The notes below the pieces were generated by a model that saw only the letters and a list, made by a program, of their open reading frames with translations, had not been told where the DNA came from and made no database searches. The translations under genes were made by a program, and so were the position numbers. DNA of 64,000 nucleotides, taken from the NCBI GenBank assembly GCA_964016885.1, contig OZ024748.1:26908001-26972000 (forward strand). Reading direction: 5' to 3'. This DNA is from Eledone cirrhosa. Lineage: Eukaryota. Every line of letters starts with the position of its first letter. Position 1 is the stretch's first letter. Positions 25,507 to 38,155 of this stretch are shown here, piece by piece.

Positions 25507-26807
25507 TAGCTGAATCAATGGCCAAACTAGAGAAGAAATTCCAAACATGGAAGCATGGCCTAGAATCAAAAGGCCTTAAAATTAACCTGTCTAAGACTAA
25601 AGTTCTAGTTTGTAGGAAGGAAAATAGGGCGCCGGTCCCATCCGGGAAATGGCCATGCTCAGTGTGTAGGAAAGGAGTAGGCAGAAACTCCATTTTATGT
25701 CCCAAATGCAAAGTATGGGTGCATAAAAGATGTAGTGATATCACAGGTAAGCTAACTAAGAACATAGATTTTATATGTGGCCGGTGCTCTGGTGCAATAA
25801 GCAGCAGCAAGTGCCCACAGAATACTAGCTCATTCCATTGCGCAGAGGGTTCTATAGAAATAGTGGACAGCTTCCGTTACCTGGGTGACAAAATCAGCAG
25901 TGGGGGAGGGTGCTCTGAAAGTACTGTAGCTAGAGTCAGAACTGGATGGAAAAAGTTCAGAGAGCTTATACCACTATTAGCCGCTAAAGGGTTCTCTCTC
26001 AAAATGAAAGGCAGGCTGTATGATGCCTGCATACGAACAGCAATGTTACATGGCAGTGAGACCTGGGCATTGTGTGCAGAGGATATACGCAGACTGGAGA
26101 GGAACGAAGCTTGCATGCTCCGCTGGATGTGTAATAGTAATATACGTGAACGGCAAAGCATAAACGAACTAAGGGAAAAATTAGAAATAAGAGGGATCAG
26201 ATGTTGTTTACTCGAGAGAAGACTACGTTGGTATGGTCACGTGATGCGCATGAAAGACGACAGCTGTATAAAAAAGTGCAGGGCAATAAAAATAGACGGT
26301 AGCCACGGAGTAGGCAGACCCAGAAAAACCTGGGACAACTTGATAAATTCCGACCTCACACACTTACACCTCTCCAAGACAATGTCACTGGACTGAGATC
26401 TTTGGCGCTACACAGTAATAGAGAAGACCCGCCTTACCTAAGTACAAAGTGAAACCTACTACAGTCAGTAGGCATCTCTAACAAAATACACCCCCGTACT
26501 ACCCCCACCCCATCCACACCTTTCAATGTAAAGTTATGTTGGTACCGAAACAAATGAGGTCGTGTAGGTGTCACGACAAAAAAAACACAGTCCACGTTGT
26601 AATGTGGCCGCGTAGGTAACACGGTAAAAACCTCCCAGTCCCACACTGTAAATGTGGTTGGTGTTAGGAAGGGCATCCAGCCGTAGAAAACCCGCCAGAC
26701 AGTCCTATGCGAGCAAGACAACCACTCTTGCCTCAAGTGGGAAAACTCCCGTCCAAACCCATGCAAGCGTGGAATATGGACGTTAAATGATGATGATGAT
26801 GATGATG
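25507..26807 (+). mobile_element. 5'-truncated RTE LINE copy (RT C-terminus, Cys cluster, 3'UTR, (GAT)n tail)
   Basis: AESMAKLEKKFQTWK...[22 protein letters not shown]... aligns with the C-terminal third of the 1059-4187 ORF. Confidence 0.93.
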
Positions 26808-26983
26808 TATATAAGTATATATGTGTGTGTGTATCAGTGTGTTAAAGAAAATATCTTGTGATATGTATTTCCTCTGAACTACACAAACCAACAATTATAT
26901 TAGTCACAAATACATCATATAAAATTTTAAAACAAACAGCAAGTACAATAAATGTCTTAATTTCTTGCTTTTTATTTTTGCAG

Positions 26984-27110
26984 GTATTCATTTTCCCTAC
27001 CCAAGTCTTCCCATCAACCAGTCACTGCCCCTGAATACTCACACTTTAGAAGGACGATACCATTGGCCACCACCACCCCCACCAACTGCATTTCATCATC
27101 CAACACCTGC
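26984..27110 (+). CDS. GLI: Gli/Ci coding exon B (phase 1-2)
   Basis: ttttgcag acceptor and gtaagg donor. Encodes IHFPYPSLP...LEGRYHWPPPPPP, like the GLI3 N-terminal EGRYH motif. Confidence 0.85.
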
Positions 27111-27967
27111 GTAAGGTCATACTTCCACATCTTTTATACATCTTTAGGATGATAAACATAATCTGTTGCCTAGTTTAACACCAACAACAACACATCTACC
27201 ACTTGGTCCTTGTGTGACATTAGCAGAGACCATTCTGTTAAAGGATTTGGGCCAGGTTTCTGGTTTGCAGATACCTCCCTCCCACACACCAGTCATGGAG
27301 GCCATGAAAAGGGGCATGGGCACTGCCCCTCCCACACACCAGTTGTAGAAACCCTAAAAAGGGTCATGGGCACTGCCCCTCCCTCCTAACATTTTTAGAA
27401 ACCCTGAAAAGGAGCATGGCCAGTGCCCTCATCTCACTGACAACTAAACTGTAAAATAATAATAACAATAATAATAATTGTTTCTACTTTAGACACAAGG
27501 CCAGCAATTACCCAATACATTACTGGTACTTTATTTTATCGACCCCGTAAGGATGAAAGGGAAAGTTAACCTCGGCGGGATTTGAACTCAGACTGTAAAG
27601 GGACATAACTATGCTAGAAAGCATGGCGTCCAACCCTCTACCGATACTGCCAATTCACCGACATAGCAATAATAGTAATAATAGTTAAAATGTGTTGTAA
27701 ATCTCTGGACAGATAAAATGTAATATAAATTGCTTCGGCAGTACCGGTGACATGCTGGGGTCAAATTTCCCCTCCCCCAAAATTGTTGGCCTTGTGCCTA
27801 AATCAGAAACTATAATTATCATCATTATTTCAAAAGTGTTTATTAAATGAATTCTTAATCCACCATTTCTGTTTTCTTCTCCATCTTCTTCATCTTCCAA
27901 CCAACTCCAATAACCTCTCATCAAATTGGGTATTAATTTACACCAATAGATTTCTACCATATTCCAG

Positions 27968-28143
27968 GTTATCATCTACCAGTCCGTCCCACCCAGAAAT
28001 TTCCACCATATTGAGTATGCGAAGCCCACTAAATACTGATGCAGTATCACAATTTACATCTCGGTTACATTGGGAACAGTTACAGAGGAATTTCTACCAC
28101 AACCAACTGGCTTCTCGAAGATGTAGCCCTGCCTCATTACCGG
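27968..28143 (+). CDS. GLI: Gli/Ci coding exon C (phase 2-1)
   Basis: ttccag acceptor and g|gtaaaa donor. Open frame LSSTSPSHPE...RRCSPASLP bridges the phases of B and D. Confidence 0.8.
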
Positions 28144-28234
28144 GTAAAATAATGTTATGATATCTATGTTGTTGTTACAGTTATTATTGTTGTTCTATAT
28201 ACAGCAGGGGTTACATATGACAACCTCTCTAGTG

Positions 28235-28460
28235 CTGGTGGTGCCATCATAAAATGCACTCAGTACACTCTGTAAAGTGGTGGTACTGGTGCCATGATAA
28301 AATGCATCCAGTACACTCTGTAAAGTGGTGGTACTGGTGCCATGATAAAATGCACCCAGTACACTCTGTAAAGTGGTGGTACTGGTGCCATGATAAAATG
28401 CACTCATTACAATCAGTAGGGGGTCGGCATTAGGTAGAACCATCCAGGTGTAGAACCTAT
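28235..28460 (+). repeat. 48-bp RTE-3'UTR-derived tandem (~3.5 copies)
   Basis: Unit gtgccatgataaaatgcacccagtacactctgtaaagtggtggtactg, followed by ggcattagg...catccag. Confidence 0.8.
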
Positions 28461-28603
28461 GCCAAATATGGAACATATGAGTAAGATGGGGATTGATATA
28501 ATCAACTTTCTCCCCCACCCCACTCCACCCCAAAATAGAAAGAATTATTATTATTAGAGTGTCAAAAAGGGTGAGGGATTGGCAGTACCATTAGAGCATA
28601 TCT

Positions 28604-28760
28604 GAAGGCACATGGCTTAGTGGTTAGAACATTGGGTTTTCAATCGAAAGGTTGTGAGTTCGATTCTCGGACCGGGTGATGTGTTGTGTCCTTGAGCAAG
28701 ACACTTTATTTCACGTTGCTCCAGTTTACTCAGCTGTAGAAATGAGTTGCGATCCTGCCA
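28604..28760 (+). mobile_element. tRNA-derived SINE family 2 (CORE-like)
   Basis: A box tggcttagtggt, B box gagttcgattc, CORE-like tgtgtccttgagcaagacact. Fuller copy at 35326; decayed copies near 30970, 31100, 31343 and 13080(-). Confidence 0.8.
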
Positions 28761-29727
28761 AATCAAAGAATGGCAGTAGCTCCAGCAGCACGCATCGAAG
28801 GACTGGTGTAGTGGTTCTGAGAACAATGCAAATTGACAATGGAAAGGCGCTCCCGCTCGAGTTAAAAGAGAACTATTGACCTTCAGGAGAAGCAGCGACC
28901 CCTGATTGTATTCAGCAACTCAAACAAATACGAAGTACACCAAATCCAATGCTACTAGGGGCGGCCCTGGTTCTTCTTATTTGCCAGTGTAAACTCGGCC
29001 AGATTAGATTAGATTAGAACGTCAAACAACATGCTTTGTGACAGAGTTGCGGCCATTTACGTTCTGAGATCAAATCCCACCGAGGTTAGCTTTGCCTTTC
29101 ATCCTTACGGGGTCAATAAAATAAAGTACCAGTAACATACTGGGGTTGATTTAATTGACTTCCCCCCCCCCCCCCCCCCCCAAAAAAAAATTGTTGGCCC
29201 TGTGCCTAAATCAGAAAGCGTTATCAGAGTGTCAAATAGGTAGAATTGTTAGAGTTTCACACAAATTCTTTTACAAACCTTTACATTCTGAGCTCAAATC
29301 CTGATGTGGTTAGATTTACCTTTCCTCCTTATGGGGTTGAGAAAATAAAGTACCAGTAATGCACTGGGGTTGATTTAATTAACTTTCCCCTCTGCAAATA
29401 ATTGTTAGCCTTGTGCCTAAATCAGAAACCATTTTTTTTATGGTCTAAATGAATAAGCCCATTCAGAGTGTGCACCTGTAGACTGGAGTAGGACAACTAG
29501 GGCAAGTCACTTGCCCTACAGATCAGGACACTTCTGCTTTTTTTTATGAACGGCCCTTGAACTTCCCTATTGAGGAATTCCCATTGTTAAAATGTTTTTA
29601 TTGTTACCTTTCTTTTTACTATTGTTAAATCTGTTTACACACACACACCAAATGTTTTCATCCTGTACTATCCTAATGTTTTCTTAATGTAAACCCTTTG
29701 TGGTGAATAAAGAAACCACTATTATTA

Positions 29728-29917
29728 GGTGAATTGGCAGTATCGGTAGAGGGTCGGACGCCATGCTTTGCAGCATAGTTACGTCCCTTTATGATCTGAG
29801 TTCAAATCCCGCCGAGGTTAACTTTGCCTTTCATCCTTACGGGGTCGATAAAATAAAGTACCAGTAATGTACTGGATAATTGCTGGCCTTGTGCCAATAG
29901 TAGAAACAATTATTATT
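29728..29917 (+). mobile_element. SINE family 1 copy abutting a Gli splice acceptor
   Basis: Near full-length copy flanked by attatt; ends about 10 nt before exon D. Confidence 0.88.
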
Positions 29918-29927
29918 TCTGTTGCAG

Positions 29928-30050
29928 GTTTTCCAGTTGGAAGTGGTTCTCTGGTAGACTACCCGTCCCCCTTAAGTCAACGCAGTATGTTCTCAGAGAT
30001 TCCACCAACCCCTGGCAGTGGAAGTATTACATTACCAGCATCTCTTGAAA
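29928..30050 (+). CDS. GLI: Gli/Ci coding exon D (phase 1-1)
   Basis: gttgcag acceptor and a|gtaaat donor. Encodes FPVGSGSLVDYPSPLSQRS...PASLE. Confidence 0.8.
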
Positions 30051-30716
30051 GTAAATCAAACATTTTCTCACTCTTCTTCAGTCAATATAGAAACAACAAC
30101 CTACCTATTGCTCCTATTCTGTAAAATACACATACACACACACACACACAAGCATTTATTCTAAAGCTCTCTCATACTAAAATTCATTTGTTTACTGTTG
30201 TGTGTGTGTGTATTAATGTTTGTGTGTGTATATATGTATATCAATGTATATGTGTATATCCATGTACATGTGTATGCATGTGTTTGTATGTATGTGTATA
30301 AGTGTGTGCGTATATACATGTTTATGTATGTGTGTGTTATATGTTTTGTTGGTGCAGTAGGTAAGTCAAATGCTAGTTTTTCATGTATTTTTGTGTGCAA
30401 CATATACATAAGCATATATATTAGTTAGTATTTCTTTTTAAATTGTTCATCTCCAGAACATTATAATCTTATTAGGAACTCATTTCATATGTTTAGACAT
30501 TTAAAATAGTGACAAATGTATGATGATGGTGATGGTGATTGTGGTGGTGGTGGTGGTGGTGATAATGATGATGATGGTGTTGATGATAGCGATGATGCTG
30601 GTGATAATGATGATAGCGATGATGATGATAATGATGATGATGATAGTTGGAGCTTTCTTTAGTATAACACGTTATTTATTTCTGCCTATTTTTATTTCAT
30701 ATTTTATGTCTCTCAG

Positions 30717-30914
30717 GTTCCCGATTAACAAGTCCCCGACCAACCAATATCTCGAAAAGCCGCAAGCGGGCTCTGTCACATTCTCCAATATCAGACTATT
30801 TCGACATTCAGAGTTTAACGCGAAGTTCGGAAGGATCACTCCAGTTAACACCACTTCCTCACAATTCTCGTAGTTCAAGTGCTGCCAGTGGTTCATATGG
30901 TCACCTGTCCGCAG
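30717..30914 (+). CDS. GLI: Gli/Ci coding exon E: repressor region with SUFU-binding SYGHL
   Basis: tctcag acceptor and g|gtaaat donor. Encodes SRLTSPRP...RKRALSHSPISDYFDIQSL...SRSSSAASGSYGHLSA. Confidence 0.95.
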
Positions 30915-31616
30915 GTAAATAACCCCCTCCCACTCTTTATTTTTACCTGCCTCTTACTCCTATTCTGAAGTCATGTGGGCTAGAGGTTAGGGTATTGGGC
31001 TTACTACTATAAAGTCAGTTTCCCATCTTAGACCAGGCAGTGCATTGTGTCTTTAAGCTGGTAAATAGCCCCACCCCCTCTCTATTTTTACTCCACATGA
31101 AGGGATGTGACTTAGGGGTTAGAGAATTGGATTCACATTCATGAGGTTGAGCAAGACACTTTATTTTCACTTTGCTCTTTCTGCCAGGAGTTGTAACTGG
31201 TAGATAGTATCAGTAATTGAAAGACCAATGGAAACATTGTTTCCTTGGCCCAATTTAATGAGTTCCACCCACTCAGTAAACGAGTGAGGTCTGGGATCTT
31301 CTGGATTGATTTTATCCTCCTCCTCCTCCTTACACCTACTATGAAGGAGTATGACCTAGTGGTTAGGGTGTTGGGTTTATAAACTCATGGTTTCACATCT
31401 CAGACAGAGCAGAGCCTTGTGTCTTTGAGTAAAACATTCAATCTCATCTGAAATATATAAATGCCAGCAACATCTGAAAATTAAACCTATCAAGGGTATC
31501 TGGGATATAAACCCTCGGGGGGGGGGGGGGGGGGGGGGGGATAATCATATCCCTTTTTTTTTAACACTTCAAGGGGTTTTATCCTTAATTCATTTCTCAA
31601 CAATTTTATAACACCC

Positions 31617-31756
31617 GTGAGCTCAGCTGGTCTCGCTTGGGGATCCAGTCAGATCAATTAGAGATGGTTGCTTCTGATAAAGACCCACTGGAAGGAGTAT
31701 TTGAGGACTCTGCGCCATCCCTGGAATAAATGGGCAAAGAAGAAGAAAAAGAAGAA
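31617..31756 (+). mobile_element. Second RTE family 3' end with (GAA)n tail
   Basis: Matches 43538-43665. Confidence 0.75.
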
Positions 31757-31863
31757 CTATTTTATAGTGATAATTTTATGTTGGGGTATTTTGCATGATA
31801 GCAAAACATACTTTGAAATATATAGTCATACATCCTGCTATTGTCTGTTTGTCCCCTTTTCAG

Positions 31864-32057
31864 CTTCTTTCGGAACAGTAAGTCCAGCACACCAACATAT
31901 TCCCACAACACCCTACCTCCGTGCCACAGCTTTCGCACCATCACCATTTTTCTACCCAGTCATGCATCCAATGTTTGCTCGACAGCAGGCTCTTGGTCAA
32001 GTCTTGCCACCTTCATCTCAACCAATTGCTCATCCAATTCCAAAACATGAACCCCAG
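31864..32057 (+). CDS. GLI: Gli/Ci coding exon F (phase 1-0)
   Basis: ccttttcag acceptor and cag|gtaggt donor. Encodes ASFGTVSPAHQH...PKHEPQ. Confidence 0.88.
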
Positions 32058-32163
32058 GTAGGTACAAACCAAACCTTTCAAAAATCTCTTCATGAACCCC
32101 GGGTAGGTAAAAGCAAAACCTTCAAAAACTTCCAGCCCTCACCAACACTATACTTTATTCTTT

Positions 32164-32194
<31 letters not shown>

Positions 32195-32885
32195 GGTATA
32201 TATATATATATATATTTAATACAATAACAGAGATAGCTTAAAGCTAAACTCTGACTGGTAACCATCTCACTCAACAAACATTAGGTTATATGTTAGTATA
32301 AACCTAATTTAAGTGTTTGGGGTGCTAACTATATATATTATGTGGAAAGCCAGTTGTATTATTTTATGAGATATAATTAAAGTTAAAATATATCTCTCTT
32401 TCCAAACAATTGTTTCATTATAAGTTTTCTACAAATTAGGAGAATGTTTCCAGTTTATGTAGAAGCCTAACATATATTCATGTAAGAATATATTTAGGTG
32501 GGCGCTTATAAATCATCAGTGGAAGCCCATTAAACTTTGATATAAGAAAAAATTCTTACCGCAGTTAAAAATCGTGTCTGCTAAGCTGCTCCCTCACGTA
32601 TCAAATGACCGCCAAATTTGAAATTCCAGCAGTTTTTGACTGAGGAAGTATTATAGCGTCACGAAGCGGGAAGGGGAGACAACCAATACACGAGAAAAGA
32701 AAAAATAATATTCACGCGGGTTAATTAGTTTTTTCAAAAAACATTATCAATCCAACGTGTTAAGAACTCAATTGAAATTAAAAAAATAAATGCATGCGTA
32801 TATTAATTACACACACATATAGATATTTTCTTAGGCTAAAAACAGAAGTCGTACCCGAATAACAAACCGCATTTCATAACCGTAG

Positions 32886-32916
<31 letters not shown>

Positions 32917-33159
32917 GTCTGCATACATACATACAGACTTACACACATACAAACATACATATATATATATATATATATTTGCATATGTACATGTGTGTAT
33001 ACATACATGCATACATACATACATGCATATATGTATGCATATATACATACACACATACATATGTATGTATACATATATATTTCTATACCAGTAACACAAA
33101 TATATCACTAACAGTACTGTTATCAGTGACACTACTATTCTAATAGCAGTAATATAACA

Positions 33160-34020
33160 GGAACACTACTTAACTACTGTCAGTACTATACTAGTAACAT
33201 TACTATACCACTGCCAGTACTATACTAGTAACATTACTATACAGAGGGCGGTGAATTGGCAGTATTGGTAGAGGATTGGACGCCATGCTTTGATGCATAG
33301 AGTTACGGCCCTTGCCATTTTGAGTTCAAATCCCGCCTAGGTTAACTTTGCCTTTCATCCTTACGGGGTCGATAAAATAAATTACCAGTAGTAATGCACT
33401 GGGATAATTGCTGGCCTTGTGCCAAAAGTAGAAACAATTACTATACAAGTAACATTACTATACTAGTAACATTACTATACCACTGCCAGTACTATACTAG
33501 TAACATTACTATACCACTGACAGTACTATACTAGTAACATTACTATACCACTGACAGTACTATACTAGTAACATTACTATACCACTGACAGTACTATACT
33601 AGTAACATTACTATACCACTGCCAGTACTATACTAGTAACATTACTATACCACTGACAGTACTATACTAGTAACATTACTATACCACTGACAGTACTATA
33701 CTAGTAACATTACTATACCACTGACAGTACTATACTAGTAACATTACTATACCACTGACAGTACTATACCACTGACAGTACTATACCACTGACAGGGTAT
33801 GGAGGGCAGTGGATTGGCAGTATCGGTAGAGAGTCGGACGCCATGCTTTCCAGCATAGTTACGTCCCTTGCCTTTCATCCTTACGGGGACGATAAAATAA
33901 AGTACCAGTAATATACTGGGTAATTGCTGGCCTTGTGCCAATAATAGAAACAATTATTATACCACTGACAGTACTATACTAGTAACATTTCTATACCACT
34001 AACAGTACTATACTAGTAAC
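33160..34020. repeat. 34-bp tandem array interrupted by two SINE insertions
   Basis: Unit cactgacagtactatactagtaacattactatac. SINEs at about 33245-33440 (attactataca duplicated on both sides) and about 33800-33957. Confidence 0.9.
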
Positions 34021-34092
34021 AGCACTCTACTAAAATATGTCCAGAATTGCTGCCATACTTCTCAAAAATCACAATATTTTCACACTGCTTAC

Positions 34093-34556
34093 CTTCTTCA
34101 CCCACGTATTCCTGAGAGGGGCGTAGGGGGCAGAGACCTCAGACACCCTTCCAGTGGGTCCTGTCAGAAGCAACCATCTCCAACTGATCCAGCTGGATCA
34201 CCAAGTGAGACCAAGCTCATAGATGTTATCGAAACATCTTGCTCAAGGTCATCCTCTGGGTCTCTTGCTGGTTCGTTTTGCCCATAAAAATCTGTCCAGC
34301 GATTCTTTCCTAAGATATTCTAACCACATGTCCATAGTATCGGAGCTGTGATCTCTTAATTTGGAGAAGTAGCAGCTCTACCTGGAGTGACTCTTTGATC
34401 TCCAAGCTACGCACTCTACCGAGTAACATTACTCCAAAGACCCTTCGAAGGAACTCTATTTCAGCCACTTGTATTTGTGATCGTATTCTTTCGGTCATTA
34501 CCCAAGATTCATGACCATAGGTAAGGGTTAGCATGAATACTGAATTGAAGATACCA
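34093..34556 (-). mobile_element. Second RTE family (Rex3/Expander-like) 3' fragment
   Basis: Translates TLTYGHESWVMTERIRSQIQVAEIEFLRRV...SQLRYYGHVVRI. Confidence 0.85.
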
Positions 34557-34825
34557 TACACTGCATACCTCCATTCAAACTTGAATCAATCAATCAATGA
34601 GAATATTGGTGTTTTCTCCCTTGCTTTGCTTGAGAAGAATAATCATTAATGCTACCTTTTCTTTTCATTATGGGTGAAATTTTAATTGATTAGTTTTATT
34701 TTATTTACTCACTACATTAAGTATGTTACTCCTTGCTTAACCATGTGTTCTTGATGCAGAAGTCATCCCTATGGTATTGTTGTTACCTTTGAGTGATGTT
34801 TTGTTTGTGTGTTTTGACTGGTCAG

Positions 34826-34946
34826 ATGTCATCGTCCACAAGCAAGTGTGATGCAGGCAGCAGTGTGGTCAGCAGTAGTACAATGGAACAGACAGCTGAC
34901 ATATTTAAACGGTCCAAGATTAAAAAGGAAGTGGAGTGTCTCCAAA
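34826..34946 (+). CDS. GLI: Gli/Ci coding exon G (phase 0-1)
   Basis: gtcag acceptor and a|gtaagt donor. Encodes SSVVSSST...KRSKIKKE, as in the GLI pre-finger KRSKIK motif. Confidence 0.9.
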
Positions 34947-35031
34947 GTAAGTCAATATTTTTCACTATACAAAGAACAGTGAAGTGAACCAATGAGATAA
35001 CTGCTATGTAGAAATAGCACCCAAAACTCCC

Positions 35032-35259
35032 TTAACCCTTTAGCATTTAAACCGGCCATATCCAGCCAGAATTCTAGCACCTCTTTCTCTTCAAACCGGT
35101 CGTGAATTGCTACTCATACTTATGTTGAGTTATTGTTCTCAAAATAAATAACATCAGAATCTCATAGATTCGATATTATGTGAGATATTATGTGGGATAA
35201 ATCCTTTACCATAAAAATACGACAGTATATATAAAGTAATGTGAATACTAAAGGGTTAA
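35032..35259. mobile_element. piggyBac-like MITE
   Basis: TTAA-ccctttagcatt...aatactaaaggg-TTAA. Confidence 0.85.
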
Positions 35260-35325
35260 ACCATTCCCTACTGTCTTTATGAAGCCAAAAAACATTGGAT
35301 AATATTATAGTCTTAGGTACACTGT

Positions 35326-35672
35326 GAAGGTGCATGGTTTAGTGGTTAAAGCATTGGATTACCAATCATGAGGTTGTGAGTTCAATTCCTGAACCGGGTG
35401 ATGTGTTGTGTCCTTGAGCAAGACACTTTGTTGCTCCAGTTCACTCAGCTGTAGAAATGAGATGTGATGTCACTGGTACCAAGCTGTATCAGCCCTTACC
35501 TTTCCCGTGGATAACATCAGTGGAATGGAGTGGAAAGACTGGTATGCATGAGTGACTGCAGGTTTTCCACAAAATCACCTTGCCCAGTCTTGTGCTTTGG
35601 TGCCTCGGAAGGGAAACTTTCTAAGTGCAAATCCCATGGTCATTTGTGACTGAAGGATGTCTTTACCCTTTT
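35326..35672 (+). mobile_element. tRNA-derived SINE family 2, near full length
   Basis: A/B boxes, CORE-like block and a 3' end gtctttacccttt. Confidence 0.8.
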
Positions 35673-35869
35673 AGATACACTGTTATAGGTTGTGAGGTTC
35701 CCTGTCATTAACCCTTTTGTTAACCTCGACGGGATTTGAACTCAGAATGGCAAGGGCCGTAACTCTATGCGTCAAAGCATGGCGTCCAACGCTCTACCAA
35801 TACTGCCAATCCACCGCCATCTTTTTTTTTCTAATAATTTTTATCAAATAATGTGTAGGTGTATGTGTT

Positions 35870-35923
<54 letters not shown>

Positions 35924-35926
<3 letters not shown>

Positions 35927-36024
35927 GGTGTCCCCCAAAAATGTATACACAAAGGCTGTGCATTCTAATAAATATTGTCTGTACAGGTAATCAAAGTGTG
36001 TATACGTTTCATTGGAACACCCTG
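35924..36024. mobile_element. Tc1/mariner-type MITE (~100 bp)
   Basis: cagggtgtccc..aaatgtatacac / gtgtatacgttt..ggaacaccctg-TA, set in a TA run. Confidence 0.75.
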
Positions 36025-36086
36025 TATGTACATATATGTATATGTGTGTGTGTGTATATATATAAATATATATTCTCCTCCAACAG

Positions 36087-36250
36087 CAGTATCTGACCCT
36101 GGTGAAGAAGACGAAGAGAAAGCCTGTGCTGAAGATTTACAACGTGGCACCAACCATATTCCACAAGAAGGTGAACCTGACTTTATTGAGACAAATTGTC
36201 ATTGGGATGAATGTTTAAGGGAATTTGAAACACAAGAAGATCTAGTTCGG
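36087..36250 (+). CDS. GLI: Gli/Ci coding exon H: start of zinc finger 1
   Basis: cagcag acceptor and gtaagt donor. Encodes EGEPDFIETNCHWDECLREFETQEDLVR. Confidence 0.95.
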
Positions 36251-36646
36251 GTAAGTTGTGGCATTCATTCACTTCTCGTTTGTTTCATTATTATGCTGCT
36301 ACTGGTGGTGGTGTTTTAACCCTAGATTAGTCCTGATCTAGGAGACCTATGATCAAAGGAATTCATTCCGTAGCCACCTGGTAATATTGTATGTAGGTGT
36401 CTGGAGTTCTGTCGTGCTTTTGATTTAATGATCTGTAATACAAACTTCAAGAAACCAGCCAACCAGAATAAAACTGTGCAGAAGTCTGTTGTCAATGGAC
36501 TTTAGCTGTTTTAACTCAACCAATTTTTTCTTTTTTTTTTCTTTTGTATTCTTCTTTCTGTATTTATGTTTGTTATTTTTTGTCTATTGTTTATTTAAGT
36601 ATGTCGTCATTTCAATAAAACGTTTTTTTTATCAATTATATTTCAG

Positions 36647-36796
36647 CATATTAATCAAGACCATATCCAGTTAAATAAGAAGTCATTTGTGTGTAAGTGG
36701 AGAGAATGTAATAGAGAAGAGAAACCTTTCAAAGCTCAGTATATGTTAGTTGTTCATATGAGACGACATACTGGAGAAAAACCTCACAAATGCTCA
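36647..36796 (+). CDS. GLI: Gli/Ci coding exon I: ZF1 end and ZF2
   Basis: [50 protein letters not shown]; tttcag acceptor and gtaagt donor. Confidence 0.97.
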
Positions 36797-37990
36797 GTAA
36801 GTTCCTCATAATTTACACTATACACAGCATTCATCTATATTCACCTGTCTTGATATGGTGTCAGACTTTTTTCTTTCCTACTACTTTAGTCAGGAAGGGA
36901 CGGGCAGTACCCAAGACATTTTTGGGGACTTTGAAATGTACGCTTGTACGCTTGCAACAGTGTGGACTCTCCTAAAGGCACTCATGGACCAAGTGGTGGC
37001 ACCAAGTAAAAGGTCCATTGTTCGTATTATATCACCTACCCTACAGTATGTTTAGGACAAAACCCCAGATTTCTCAAATGGTTTCTTACCAAAATCTAAA
37101 CTATTATATAATTGATATATGTTTCGTGACTTTTTGAATATTGAATTTGAATTCTACTGTGTGTATAGGTTGAAGAGTTCCACCGGGCCAAATTCATGTC
37201 ACCACTCTCAACACAGTAATAATGGTTTCTGATTAAGGCACAAGACCATCAATTTTGGGGGAGGGGAAAGTTGATTAAATTGACGCCAGTGCGTATGCCA
37301 CAAAGCATGTTGTCCAATGCTCTGCCGATTACTGCCACTCCACCACTCTGTAATAATAATTATTTTAGCAACCCCATAAGGCTGAAAGGCAAAGCTAACC
37401 TCGGCAGGATTACACAAATTTTGGAAGAGAGAGTGGTAGATTGATATCAAACCTAATATTTGTATGGTATATATTTTATCAACCCCAGAAGGATGAAAAC
37501 TAATGCCAGCTTCATCAGGATTTGAACTTATAATATGTAAAGGCATTTTCTCCAGTCTGTACCTACCAATTCTGCCACCTACCATTATTAAAATGGATCA
37601 TGACAACTACAACAATTGAAACAACAATAACGGTTTCTAATTGACGGACAAGGTTAGCAATTTGTAGGGAGAGGAAATCAATTAAATCAACCAGAGTATT
37701 TGACCAGTGTTTTATTTTATAGACTCCAGAAATATGATAGGCAAAGTTGACCTCAGTGGGATGTTTAGCAACAACAACAATAAAAACATCAGCTAAAAAT
37801 AATAATGATAACAATGATAATAAGGCCTGCTGCAGATGATCTCTATAATGCTATGATGATGATGGTGATGATGATGGTGATGATGATGATGATGATGATG
37901 ATGGTGATGATAGTGGCAGTGATGGTAGTGGTGGGTGCTTATGATGACGATGATAGCATTTAAAAATTTTTTTTTTGTTTTCTATATTAG

Positions 37991-38155
37991 TTTGAAGGCT
38001 GTTCAAAAGCTTATTCCCGGCTTGAGAATCTCAAAACTCATCTTCGATCACATACTGGTGAGAAACCTTACATGTGTGAATTTCCTGGATGTACGAAGGC
38101 CTTCAGTAATGCTTCAGATAGAGCTAAACATCAAAACAGAACACATTCAAGTGCA
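37991..38155 (+). CDS. GLI: Gli/Ci coding exon J: ZF3 and ZF4
   Basis: [55 protein letters not shown]; tag acceptor and gtaagt donor. Confidence 0.98.
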
